Assembly (NCBI GenBank): GCA_963818475.1
Contig: CAWFSF010000006.1
Coordinates: 2,112,001 to 2,176,000 of the forward strand
Length of the DNA: 64,000 nt
Direction of reading: 5' to 3'
Origin: Nitrospirota bacterium
GTDB taxonomy: Bacteria > Nitrospirota > UBA9217
The notes beneath the pieces were generated by a model. That model saw only the letters and a program-made list of their open reading frames with translations. It did no database searches and was not told the DNA's origin. Positions within the stretch are counted from its first letter, which is position 1; each line of letters begins with the position of its first letter. The translations under genes were made by a program, and so were the position numbers. Positions 55,690 through 64,000 of the stretch are shown piece after piece.

Positions 55690-56304
55690 ATGCCCGAACA
55701 GCTCGTCCAAAACAAACACTTCGACTACACCGGGTCCAAGCTCGGCATGTGGCTTTTTCTGTTCACGGAGATTCTGTTCTTCGGCGGCCTGTTCCTGCTC
55801 TATGCCGTGTACCGGTCCCTGTATGCCGGGGAGTTCCATAGCGCTGCTCAAGGGCTGAGCACCGCGCTCGGCGCAATCAACACCATTATCCTGCTCACCA
55901 GCAGCCTGACCATGGCCCTGTCCATTGTTGCACTGCGGCAAGGGAAAAAGAATTCCTCAATTGTCTTTCAGACGGTCACGATCCTCTTCGGCCTGGCCTT
56001 TCTCGTGAACAAATACTTCGAGTGGAGCGGCCACATCCATGAAGGGATCTACCCAAATTCTCCGCAGCTGCTCTCCCGGGGCCACGGTGAGATCCTTTTC
56101 TACGGCCTGTACTATGTCATGACCGGGCTGCACGGCATTCACGTTATCATCGGCATGGTCGCGATCGGCGTCATGCTGCGGCTGACGGTCCGCGGCAGCA
56201 TTTCAGGCGGGAGCTTCAACAAGCTGGAGAACGCAGGCCTTTACTGGCATCTCGTGGACATTATCTGGATCTACCTGTTCCCGTTGTTCTATTTGATCAC
56301 GTAG
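55690..56304 (+). CDS. coxC: Heme-copper oxidase subunit III
   Basis: GMWLFLFTE, TGLHGIHV and YWHLVD motifs. Confidence 0.93.
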   Translation: MPEQLVQNKHFDYTGSKLGMWLFLFTEILFFGGLFLLYAVYRSLYAGEFHSAAQGLSTALGAINTIILLTSSLTMALSIVALRQGKKNSSIVFQTVTILFGLAFLVNKYFEWSGHIHEGIYPNSPQLLSRGHGEILFYGLYYVMTGLHGIHVIIGMVAIGVMLRLTVRGSISGGSFNKLENAGLYWHLVDIIWIYLFPLFYLIT

Positions 56305-56312
56305 GGGGGATC

Positions 56313-56597
56313 ATGGAAGAACAAAACGCACATTTGGGCATGACAAAAACCTACGTAGCGGTCTGGCTCACCCTGCTCGCGCTTACCGCTGCCACGATCA
56401 CGGCCGCGAGCATGCATCTCGGAAAATTTAGCACGCTTACTTCGCTTTTGATCGCGTCGGCCAAGGCAAGCCTGGTGCTCTGGTTCTTCATGCATCTCAA
56501 GTACGAGCGGAAACTGTTCAAGATCATGTTCCTTGTCCCGGTAGCAACACTTACCGTCACTATCGGACTCACATTTTTCGATATCTGGTACCGGTGA
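56313..56597 (+). CDS. coxD: Heme-copper oxidase subunit IV
   Basis: KASLVLWFFMHLKYE motif. Confidence 0.9.
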   Translation: MEEQNAHLGMTKTYVAVWLTLLALTAATITAASMHLGKFSTLTSLLIASAKASLVLWFFMHLKYERKLFKIMFLVPVATLTVTIGLTFFDIWYR

Positions 56598-56601
56598 AAT
56601 T

Positions 56602-57516
56602 ATGGTAAACGGCTGGCAGCATTTATCAGGCTCCGTTGACAGCATCTTTTTCTTCATTATGGGCATTTGCGTCACGCTCCTCGTGGGCGTGACCGGTGTG
56701 ATGCTGTATTTCGTCGTGCGGTACAGCAGGAAACGGAACCCTGATCCCGAGGACATCGCAGGGAGCCTGCCACTCGAGATCATCTGGACCGTTGTCCCCA
56801 CCCTGCTCGTGCTGGTCATCTTCTGGGTGGGTTGGAAAGGGTTCCAGTACATGCGCACTGCCCCGCCGGATGCCATGCTCGTCAAGGTCACGGGAAGGAT
56901 GTGGACGTGGTCCTTTGAATATGAGAACGGAAAGCAGGGCAGCGTGCTGAAGGTGCCGCTGCGCAGGCCGGTGAAGCTTGCCATCACGTCAGCCGATGTG
57001 CTCCACAGCCTTTTTATCCCTGCCTATCGCATCAAGGAGGACGCTGTGCCTGGCATGGAAACGCACCTCTGGTTCCTGCCGGATGAGCTCGGGACCTACG
57101 ACCTTTTCTGCACCGAATACTGCGGCCCCGGCCATTCCGGCATGATCACGAAGGTAGAGGTGCTGTCTCAAAAGGATTTTGAGCAGTGGTACAAAACGGA
57201 AGAAGAATCAGGTGGGTCTAAACCGCATTTGTCCGAGGGCGCAGAGCTTATCCAGGAAAAAGGCTGCATTGCGTGCCACTCCCTGGACGGCAGCGCGAAG
57301 GTCGGCCCCACGTTCAAAGGACTTTTCAGCAGGAAGGAAACCGTGGCTACCGCAGGCAAAGAAAGGACGATCACGGTCGATGAGGGCTATATCATGCGAT
57401 CGATCAAAGACCCCACTGCTGATGTGGTAAAGGGTTTCCCTCCGATCATGCCGGCAATACCGATGACCGATGAAGAGATGCGGGCGATCGTTGACCACCT
57501 CAAAACCCTGAAGTAG
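56602..57516 (+). CDS. coxB: Heme-copper oxidase subunit II with fused cytochrome c
   Basis: LEIIWT, DVLHS, CuA motif CTEYCGPGHSGM, heme motif CIACH. Confidence 0.95.
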   Translation: MVNGWQHLSGSVDSIFFFIMGICVTLLVGVTGVMLYFVVRYSRKRNPDPEDIAGSLPLEIIWTVVPTLLVLVIFWVGWKGFQYMRTAPPDAMLVKVTGRMWTWSFEYENGKQGSVLKVPLRRPVKLAITSADVLHSLFIPAYRIKEDAVPGMETHLWFLPDELGTYDLFCTEYCGPGHSGMITKVEVLSQKDFEQWYKTEEESGGSKPHLSEGAELIQEKGCIACHSLDGSAKVGPTFKGLFSRKETVATAGKERTITVDEGYIMRSIKDPTADVVKGFPPIMPAIPMTDEEMRAIVDHLKTLK

Positions 57517-57527
57517 AGCACGCGACC

Positions 57528-58403
57528 ATGCCAATGATGCTGAAGATAAAAATCTATGCGGACCTCTGCAGGATCCCCCTGTCCCTGTTCGCTGCAGCCT
57601 CTGCAGCCACCGGCTATGCGCTGGGAGCCCATCCGGACGCTGCAGGAGCTCTCGGACAGCAACCTCGCGGTCGCCCTGCTTGCCTGTGGTTCGTCAGCAC
57701 TGAACCAGTTCCAGGAACAGGGACCTCGATGCACGAATGGCCAGGACCAGGAACGGCCGTTCCGTCCGGAGCACTCACCTCCCGCCATGCGCTGCTGGTA
57801 TCGATCGCGCTGCTGGCCTTAGGACTGGCTGTTCTTGGCGTGACCAGTACAGTGCGAACGGTGATGCTCGGGATCATAGCGATCGGCTGGTACAACGGCG
57901 TCTATACGTTCCTCAAAAAAAGGACGGCGCTTGCGTTCCTTCCCGGCGCGATCGTCGGCATGATCCCGCCTGCCATCGGATGGACGGCTGCGGGCGGGTC
58001 GCTTCTTGATCCACGGCTTGCGGTCATCAGCCTTCTCTTCTTCCTGTGGCAAATGCCCCATGTCTGGCTGCTGCTGCTCCAGTACGGTGGGGAGTATGAG
58101 CAGGCCGGCCTCCCCTCCCTTGCGCGATGGCTGAACAGGGACCAGATCGCCCGCCTTGCATTCACCTGGATAGCGGCGATGGCCGCAGCGAGCCTGGCGA
58201 TACCGTTTGCCACCAGAGCGAATGCGCTGACCACGTATGCGGCGCTCATCCCTGCCGCAGCCTGGCTTGCGTTCTCAGGATATAAACTGCTGGGCGTCGA
58301 TCCGGGACTCCCTGCAGCGGCTGTTTTCAGGCGGATCAATGTCCACATTTTGGTGGTCATGTGCACGCTCTGCCTTGGCCGCTTCATCCCTCTTCTCTTG
58401 TAA
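57528..58403 (+). CDS. ctaB: Protoheme IX farnesyltransferase (heme O synthase); compensating frameshifts near 57660-57765
   Basis: SALNQFQE (alternate frame), YTFLKK, PPAIGW and WQMPH motifs. Confidence 0.85.
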   Translation: MPMMLKIKIYADLCRIPLSLFAAASAATGYALGAHPDAAGALGQQPRGRPACLWFVSTEPVPGTGTSMHEWPGPGTAVPSGALTSRHALLVSIALLALGLAVLGVTSTVRTVMLGIIAIGWYNGVYTFLKKRTALAFLPGAIVGMIPPAIGWTAAGGSLLDPRLAVISLLFFLWQMPHVWLLLLQYGGEYEQAGLPSLARWLNRDQIARLAFTWIAAMAAASLAIPFATRANALTTYAALIPAAAWLAFSGYKLLGVDPGLPAAAVFRRINVHILVVMCTLCLGRFIPLLL

Positions 58404-58408
58404 ATCCG

Positions 58409-58828
58409 ATGACCCATGAACAGGCAGAACGATTAAAAAAGCTGCTGATTGAGAATTCCCCGCTCATCGAGGAATATACAGCCGCTGTCTGCCCGGACTG
58501 CGTTGATGTGTGCTGCCGGCAAAAGCACGGTTCGCATAGCTCACGCGACCTCGCCTATCTGCACGCGCTGGGTTCGACTGCTCCGCCGCTGGAGGCCGGC
58601 CGTGACCCCGACGGGCCATGCCAGTTCATGGGACGGGCCGGTTGCACCCTGCCGCGCTGGACCAGGGCGTTCAAGTGCACCTGGTTCTTTTGCGAACCGC
58701 TCCTCGCGGCGCTGGACGAAGGGGATCCGCGGAAAGCGCGTCGGCTCTCGGATGCACTCCAGGAGATGGTGGATATTTATAATGGGTTGGAAGTTAAAGC
58801 GGTTGGTGAGATAAAAGTGAAAAAGTAA
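58409..58828 (+). CDS. Cys-cluster protein (CxxCxxxCC, YkgJ-like)
   Basis: CPDCVDVCC, PCQFM..GCTL and CTWFFC motifs. Confidence 0.7.
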   Translation: MTHEQAERLKKLLIENSPLIEEYTAAVCPDCVDVCCRQKHGSHSSRDLAYLHALGSTAPPLEAGRDPDGPCQFMGRAGCTLPRWTRAFKCTWFFCEPLLAALDEGDPRKARRLSDALQEMVDIYNGLEVKAVGEIKVKK

Positions 58829-58831
58829 TGG

Positions 58832-58995
58832 GCCGCAGATAAAATCCGATAAACGCGGATAAAAACAAAAACCAGAAGCAACTGTTTTTTCCAGGTCAAC
58901 ATATTGTCCGCAGATTTCACAGATTTCACAGATTAAAATCTGAAATAACCCGGAATTTATTTTTAAAATCTGCGGCCATCTGCGAAATCTGCGGA
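58832..58995. repeat. 9-mer palindromic repeat element (CAGATTTCA / ATCTGCG type)
   Basis: ccgcagatttcacagatttcacagatt ... aatctgcggccatctgcgaaatctgcgg between convergent genes. Confidence 0.7.
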
Positions 58996-59027
58996 AAAAA
59001 GCGTTTTGCCTTCTGCAGTTTTTAAGT

Positions 59028-59669
59028 TCAAATGACCAGGAGGTCCCGTTCGCCCTTGAAGTATTGCCGGACAAGCAGAAGCAGCTTGAGATAGTAGTTG
59101 TCGATGCAGGGCACGAAATCGTCGACAGTGATCACGACCGCTGTTCCCGCTCCCGGGCTTACGAGCATGGCCGTGGCGCTCCGGGCGGCTCCTGAAAAAA
59201 GGCTGATGCCGCTCTCCACATCCAGTTCGATCACCGCATCGACCTCTTCAGCCTGCAGCGCCAGATCGCCCGGCCCGCCAGCGCAGGGATAGAGGAACAC
59301 ATCCTGAAACTCCTGCTCAATGATGCCCGGCGTGAAACAGTAGGCAAAGACCCGCCGCCCCACGCTGACCAAGCCTGAAAAGGGCACGACCAGTCCCAGT
59401 TCTTCCTTGATCTCGCGCGGCCCGGCGATCGCCGCATCCTCCCCCGCGGCATAGTGCCCGCCAACGCTCACATCGAACTTTCCCGGGGCGATCATCTTTG
59501 CTGCGGACCGTTTTTGGAACAGAACGCAGTGCTTTCGGTGATGTTCGTACGCAATGAGGCAATGGAACGCACCGTGCCATATACCGCTGCGGTGTGCCTC
59601 GTCACGGGCGATCGTAGCGCCTGTTTTCCTGCCCGCGCAGTCAAGCATATCGAACATTTCCTGTGCCAT
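59028..59669 (-). CDS. NUDIX hydrolase (IDI type 1-like)
   Basis: AHRSGIWH, QKRS..K..PGKFD.SVGGH and REIKEELG motifs. Confidence 0.85.
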   Translation of the reverse strand: MAQEMFDMLDCAGRKTGATIARDEAHRSGIWHGAFHCLIAYEHHRKHCVLFQKRSAAKMIAPGKFDVSVGGHYAAGEDAAIAGPREIKEELGLVVPFSGLVSVGRRVFAYCFTPGIIEQEFQDVFLYPCAGGPGDLALQAEEVDAVIELDVESGISLFSGAARSATAMLVSPGAGTAVVITVDDFVPCIDNYYLKLLLLVRQYFKGERDLLVI

Positions 59670-59826
59670 GTCTTCTCCTTTCCCGGGGAAAAACAAAAAC
59701 CGCAAAAAACCGGGAACCACCCCGACGGGGCTGATCTTGGCTTTTTGCGGCTTTGTGGTTACTGGAATAGCATCGTAAAAACTTTGGGCTACAACACCCA
59801 TTGAGGAAAGACAGCTGACAACGGTG

Positions 59827-60111
59827 TCAGATCTTGCCGTCAACCATTTCCTTCATTTCCTTGCCTGCTTTGAAGAACGGGACCTTCTTCGGAGGAACAG
59901 AAACCGTCTCGCCGGTCTTGGGATTGCGTCCTTCCTTGGCACGCCGGTGCCGGATGCGGAAGCTCCCGAAACCGCGGATCTCCACCTTGTCCTCATGGGA
60001 CAGGGCATCCTTGATGCCGTCAAGCACCGTGTTCACCACGATCTCCACCTGCTTCCTGGTAAGCCCCGGCTTCTTTTCTGATATTTTGTCTACCAGCTCC
60101 GCCTTCGTCAT
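59827..60111 (-). CDS. ihfB: Integration host factor beta / HU family
   Basis: MTKAELV, EIRGFGSF and GRNPKTGE motifs; follows rpsA-sppA. Confidence 0.9.
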   Translation of the reverse strand: MTKAELVDKISEKKPGLTRKQVEIVVNTVLDGIKDALSHEDKVEIRGFGSFRIRHRRAKEGRNPKTGETVSVPPKKVPFFKAGKEMKEMVDGKI

Positions 60112-60138
60112 GCAACCCCTCCTCCTGACCGATTCCCG

Positions 60139-61038
60139 CTAGTAACGGTACTGTAGTTTTCCGGAACCGCTTGTGATTCCCTGTGCTACGGTTTCTGCGA
60201 TCCACGAAGCAGTTTCTTCCTTCAGGTAATCAAAAAACGGCATCTTCTTTTCTTTTTTGACCACGTAGGGTTTCCCTTTTATCCCCGCCAGGCCGGCGGC
60301 GGCGCGGATACTGTGCTCGAGATCCCCCAGCTGGTCGACCAGCTTGAGTGCCAGCGCCTGTTGGCCGGTGAAGATCCTGCCGTCCGCGATGGCCCGCACA
60401 TCGGCCTGCGGCAGCTTCCTTCCTTCGGCAACAGCCATGACGAACTGGGTCTGGACATCATCGATCACACCCTGCAGAAGCGCCTTTTCCTTTTCCGTCA
60501 TTTCACGAAACGGTGAACCGACATCCTTGTATTCTCCGGATTTCACGACCATCCCCTTGACCCCGATCTTTTCAAGGAGCTTCTCGACGTTCGCGAACTC
60601 CATCTTGACCCCGATGCTGCCGGTCATAGTCCCGGGATTCGCCACGATCAGGTCGGCCGCGGCTGCAACATAATACCCGCCTGATGCGGCCACCGACCCC
60701 ATGGACACCACAACCTTCTTGCCCTCCTGCCGGGCATGCTTCACCGCATTATAGATCTCCTGGGAAGGAACGACGCCTCCGCCAGGGCTGTCGACGCGGA
60801 TCACGATGGCTTTGATCGACGAATCATCGGCATAATCGTTCAACTCTTCGACAATATGTTCGGAAGAGAGCAATACCCCTTCGAGCTTGACCAGTGCCAC
60901 CTTGTTCTGCCCCACGACCGGCAGTTTGGGGGATGATTTGCTGCCGGTCAGGCTGTAGGCCAGAAACAACAGTACGAAAAAAACCGCGCCGAGCACGGCT
61001 GCCGTAGCAAGTACGACCAGAACGGGATTTTTTTTCAT
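60139..61038 (-). CDS. sppA: Signal peptide peptidase SppA (36K type)
   Basis: DSPGG, AASGGYY, TGSIGV and KSGEYKD motifs. Confidence 0.95.
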   Translation of the reverse strand: MKKNPVLVVLATAAVLGAVFFVLLFLAYSLTGSKSSPKLPVVGQNKVALVKLEGVLLSSEHIVEELNDYADDSSIKAIVIRVDSPGGGVVPSQEIYNAVKHARQEGKKVVVSMGSVAASGGYYVAAAADLIVANPGTMTGSIGVKMEFANVEKLLEKIGVKGMVVKSGEYKDVGSPFREMTEKEKALLQGVIDDVQTQFVMAVAEGRKLPQADVRAIADGRIFTGQQALALKLVDQLGDLEHSIRAAAGLAGIKGKPYVVKKEKKMPFFDYLKEETASWIAETVAQGITSGSGKLQYRY

Positions 61039-61044
61039 GGTCTC

Positions 61045-62739
61045 CTAGCTCCGTTCCTTGAGTAAAGCCCCCAGCGTCGTGTCGGGCTTTTTCTGCTGGC
61101 TCATATACTCCTGCAGCGATGATCGGTCCTTGCCCTTCACCTGCGCCTTGATCGACAGCGCGATCTTGCGGTCCGACTTGTCGACTTTGATGACACGCGC
61201 CGTCACTTCCTCGCCTTCCTTGATCTCAGGAGCGTCCTTCATAAACTCCGATGCTGGGATCAGACCTTCAAATCCCTGCTCCAGCTCGACGAACACACCG
61301 AAGTCGGCGGTCTTCGTTACCTTCACGGTCTCATCCTGCCCGACCTTGTAACGCCCGGGGATAAAGGTCTCCCAGGGATCGGACGTCAACTGCTTGAGGC
61401 CGAGCGAAATACGTTCCTTCTGCGCATCGATGCTGAGGACCACGGCCTTGGTTGTCTGCCCCTTCTTCAGAACCTCCGACGGATGCTTCACGTGCTTTGT
61501 CCAGGACAGATCGGAGATATGGATAAGCCCGTCAATACCCTCCTCCAGGCCGATAAAGGCCCCGAAGTCGGTGATAGTCTTGACCTTGCCCTCCACCTCG
61601 GCGCCCACGGGGTAGCGTTCGCCGATCGTCTGCCAGGGATTGGGTTCGATCTGCTTCATACCGAGAGAAATGCGTTTCCCGGCGGGGTCGACGTTAAGGA
61701 CCTGCGCCTCGATCATGGCGCCTACAGAGACCAGCTTGGACGGATGCTTCACCTTCTGCGTCCACGACATCTCCGAAACATGCACGAGCCCCTCGACACC
61801 GTGCTCGAGCTCTACAAAGGCGCCGTAATCCGTGAGGCTCACCACCTTGCCGCGCACCCGGGCGCCCAGGGGATAACGCTCTGCGGCCGCAGCCCAGGGG
61901 TCCTGCGACTTCTGCTTAAAGCCGAGCGACACTTTCTGCTTTTCCCGGTCATACTTGAGAACGACCACCTCAAGTCTGTCGCCGACCTTGAACAGTTCCG
62001 AAGGATGCCCCACCCTGCCCCAGGACATGTCCGTGATATGGAGCAGCCCGTCGATGCCGCCGAGGTCGACGAATGCGCCATACTCGGTGACGTTCTTGAT
62101 CACCCCGCTGACGGTCTGACCCTCGGTCAACGCTGCAAGCGTTTCTTCTTTTTTTACGTTCTGCTGCTCTTCCAGGATCGACCGGCGGGATAGTACGATA
62201 TTACCGCGACCCGAGTTCATCTTTACGATCTTCATCTCCAGCGTTTGGCCCAAAAGCTGGCTGAGATTGCGCACCGGTCGTATATCGATCTGCGAACCCG
62301 GAAGGAAAGCGGGCACGCCGTCGAGATCCACGGTCACACCGCCTTTGATCATCGATACCACCTTGCCTTTGACGGGCGCACCGGTCTGGTGCGCGCGATT
62401 CAGCACATCCCAGACCTGCATTTTTTTCGCTTTTTCCCGCGACAGGATCAGGTTGCCGTTCGAATCTTCTGCGGCCTCGAGGAAGACCTCAAGCTCTTCT
62501 CCCGGTTTGAGGGCCTTCAATTCCTCTTCCGTGAACTGCTCTACGGGGATGATGCCGTCGGACTTGTAGCCCAGATCCAGCATGACCACGCCGGACCGGA
62601 TCTGCAGCACCCGGCCCTTGACGATCGATCCCGACTTGAAGCTCTTCAGGGATTGGTCATAGAGTTTTGCGAATTCCTGGCTATCTTCATCAGCCCGCGT
62701 GTTATCGTCACCATCGAAATCTTCTCGTGCTTGATTCAT
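61045..62739 (-). CDS. rpsA: 30S ribosomal protein S1
   Basis: Six S1 domains; DGLLHITDMSW motif. Confidence 0.98.
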   Translation of the reverse strand: MNQAREDFDGDDNTRADEDSQEFAKLYDQSLKSFKSGSIVKGRVLQIRSGVVMLDLGYKSDGIIPVEQFTEEELKALKPGEELEVFLEAAEDSNGNLILSREKAKKMQVWDVLNRAHQTGAPVKGKVVSMIKGGVTVDLDGVPAFLPGSQIDIRPVRNLSQLLGQTLEMKIVKMNSGRGNIVLSRRSILEEQQNVKKEETLAALTEGQTVSGVIKNVTEYGAFVDLGGIDGLLHITDMSWGRVGHPSELFKVGDRLEVVVLKYDREKQKVSLGFKQKSQDPWAAAAERYPLGARVRGKVVSLTDYGAFVELEHGVEGLVHVSEMSWTQKVKHPSKLVSVGAMIEAQVLNVDPAGKRISLGMKQIEPNPWQTIGERYPVGAEVEGKVKTITDFGAFIGLEEGIDGLIHISDLSWTKHVKHPSEVLKKGQTTKAVVLSIDAQKERISLGLKQLTSDPWETFIPGRYKVGQDETVKVTKTADFGVFVELEQGFEGLIPASEFMKDAPEIKEGEEVTARVIKVDKSDRKIALSIKAQVKGKDRSSLQEYMSQQKKPDTTLGALLKERS

Positions 62740-62780
62740 GAACCTGGCATACCTCCTGAAATATGGTATCGATCCCCGGA

Positions 62781-63623
62781 CTATCGGCTGATATCGTCTT
62801 TGTGCAACCGTTCCAGCACTTCACTGAGCACCCAGTCGGGGGTGGACGCCCCTGCGGTCACGCCTATCTTTCGGGCGCCCTGAAACCACTCCTGCCGGAT
62901 CTCCCCGGCGACCTCGATGTGATGCGTCGGTTTTCCCTCCTGCCGGCATATGGAGGCAAGCCTGCTCGTATTGGCGCTGTTCCTCCCTCCCACAACGAGC
63001 ATGACGTCAACCTGTCTTGCAAGGATCTGTGCTGCATGCTGCCGTTCTGTTGTTGAATTGCAGATCGTGTTGTATACCTTTAATTCCTTGGAAACACGGA
63101 GCAATTTTAGCACAATTTCCGAGAAATTACCATAGGATTGCGTGGTTTGCGCCACAATGCCGATACGGTGCTGAAGCTTCTCCTCGTCCACATCCTGCAC
63201 GTTCTCGATCACAACGGCATTATTACCTGCATACCCGATGATGCTCTGGACCTCAGGGTGTTTCTTTTCACCGACCACAACCACCTGATAGCCTTCATCC
63301 CTGAGCGCCTCGGCATGACGCTGTGCCTTCCCCACAAAGGGGCAGGTAAGGTCGATGATCTTGAGTCCCTGTTTCTTCGCCTGCTCAAGAATGGACGGTG
63401 GCACGCCGTGCGACCTGATAATGAGGGAGTTTCCTTCCGTCAGGGTCGAAAAGTCATCAACGGTCTCCACCCCTGCCTTGCGCAGCCGATCGACTTCCTG
63501 CGGATTATGGATCAAGGGCCCGAGGCAGTATACGTTGCCCGTCGTCGCCGCCTCAAAAGCGGTATTGATCGCACGTTTGACGCCGAAACAGAACCCGGCC
63601 TTGTCCGCCAGAATGATCTCCAT
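62781..63623 (-). CDS. ispH: 4-hydroxy-3-methylbut-2-enyl diphosphate reductase
   Basis: AGFCFGV, HNP, TCPFV, HPEV, TIC, SAN and GASTP motifs. Confidence 0.97.
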   Translation of the reverse strand: MEIILADKAGFCFGVKRAINTAFEAATTGNVYCLGPLIHNPQEVDRLRKAGVETVDDFSTLTEGNSLIIRSHGVPPSILEQAKKQGLKIIDLTCPFVGKAQRHAEALRDEGYQVVVVGEKKHPEVQSIIGYAGNNAVVIENVQDVDEEKLQHRIGIVAQTTQSYGNFSEIVLKLLRVSKELKVYNTICNSTTERQHAAQILARQVDVMLVVGGRNSANTSRLASICRQEGKPTHHIEVAGEIRQEWFQGARKIGVTAGASTPDWVLSEVLERLHKDDISR

Positions 63624-63630
63624 GCTCAGT

Positions 63631-64000
63631 TCACATCCTTTTCCCGGCCAATTCCATCATAAAGTCGAGTACCTCATCGATGCTCATGGCGCTCGAATCG
63701 ATCACGTGAGCATCGGCCGCGGCCTTGAGCGGCGCGAGCTCACGCCCGCTGTCCTGACAATCCCGCTCCCGGATCTCGCGGGTGATCCGGTCCAGGTCCA
63801 CATCCATGCCTTTTTGCCTGAGTTCCCGGTACCGCCGCTGTCCCCGTTCTTCGGGACTGGCATCCAGAAAGAATTTCAGGTCAGCCTTCGGGAAAACGAC
63901 CGTGCCGATGTCCCGGCCATCCATCACGACCCCGCCGTGGCTGCCGAGTTCCCGCTGCAATCCCAGCAGCCGCGCCCTGACGGCAGGGGACTTTGAGACC
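63631..64000 (-). CDS. cmk: Cytidylate kinase, 5' end outside window
   Basis: MDGRDIGTVVFP, FLDAS and RDxxDxxR motifs. Confidence 0.95.
   Translation of the reverse strand, partial: VSKSPAVRARLLGLQRELGSHGGVVMDGRDIGTVVFPKADLKFFLDASPEERGQRRYRELRQKGMDVDLDRITREIRERDCQDSGRELAPLKAAADAHVIDSSAMSIDEVLDFMMELAGKRM

Noticed and set aside
59690-59760. Long hairpin after ihfB as a structured ncRNA or riboswitch
   Set aside because: Adequately explained as a terminator-like stem followed by a T tract; no known RNA family motif recognised.

Overview
A 64-kb bacterial chromosomal window. The gene order (cmk-ispH-rpsA-sppA-ihfB, glyQS-ppdK, sco-coxACDB-ctaB) suggests an anaerobe or microaerophile of Nitrospirota/deltaproteobacterial type (inference). 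Many single-base frameshifts fall in housekeeping genes and look like long-read indel errors. The main hidden signal is selenocysteine recoding. Four genes truncated in the ORF track read through an in-frame UGA, each followed by a short hairpin with a GU-containing apex: selD (CxxU), a DsrE/TusD subunit (UxxC), a small thioredoxin-fold protein (NDPxGxxU) and a MerT-like membrane protein. The first three lie in one co-oriented cluster headed by a TusA-like gene and ArsR (6.6-13.7 kb), with two TauE transporters, DsrF/H, a DsrE2-like protein, a membrane protein, a SAM methyltransferase and YedF, which is a candidate selenium relay/methylation system. Other notable items: an MNT-HEPN pair with catalytic residues lost in both partners, followed by two unannotated Lys-rich micropeptides; a methyltransferase clustered with three HgdB/double-cubane-type domains and an ATP-dependent activase; a complete IS1202/ISNCY-type element with a 16-bp target duplication; many dispersed 7-mer/9-mer palindromic repeat elements, some recruited into protein termini; and secreted LamG/Ig and Gly-rich proteins beside tRNA-fMet.
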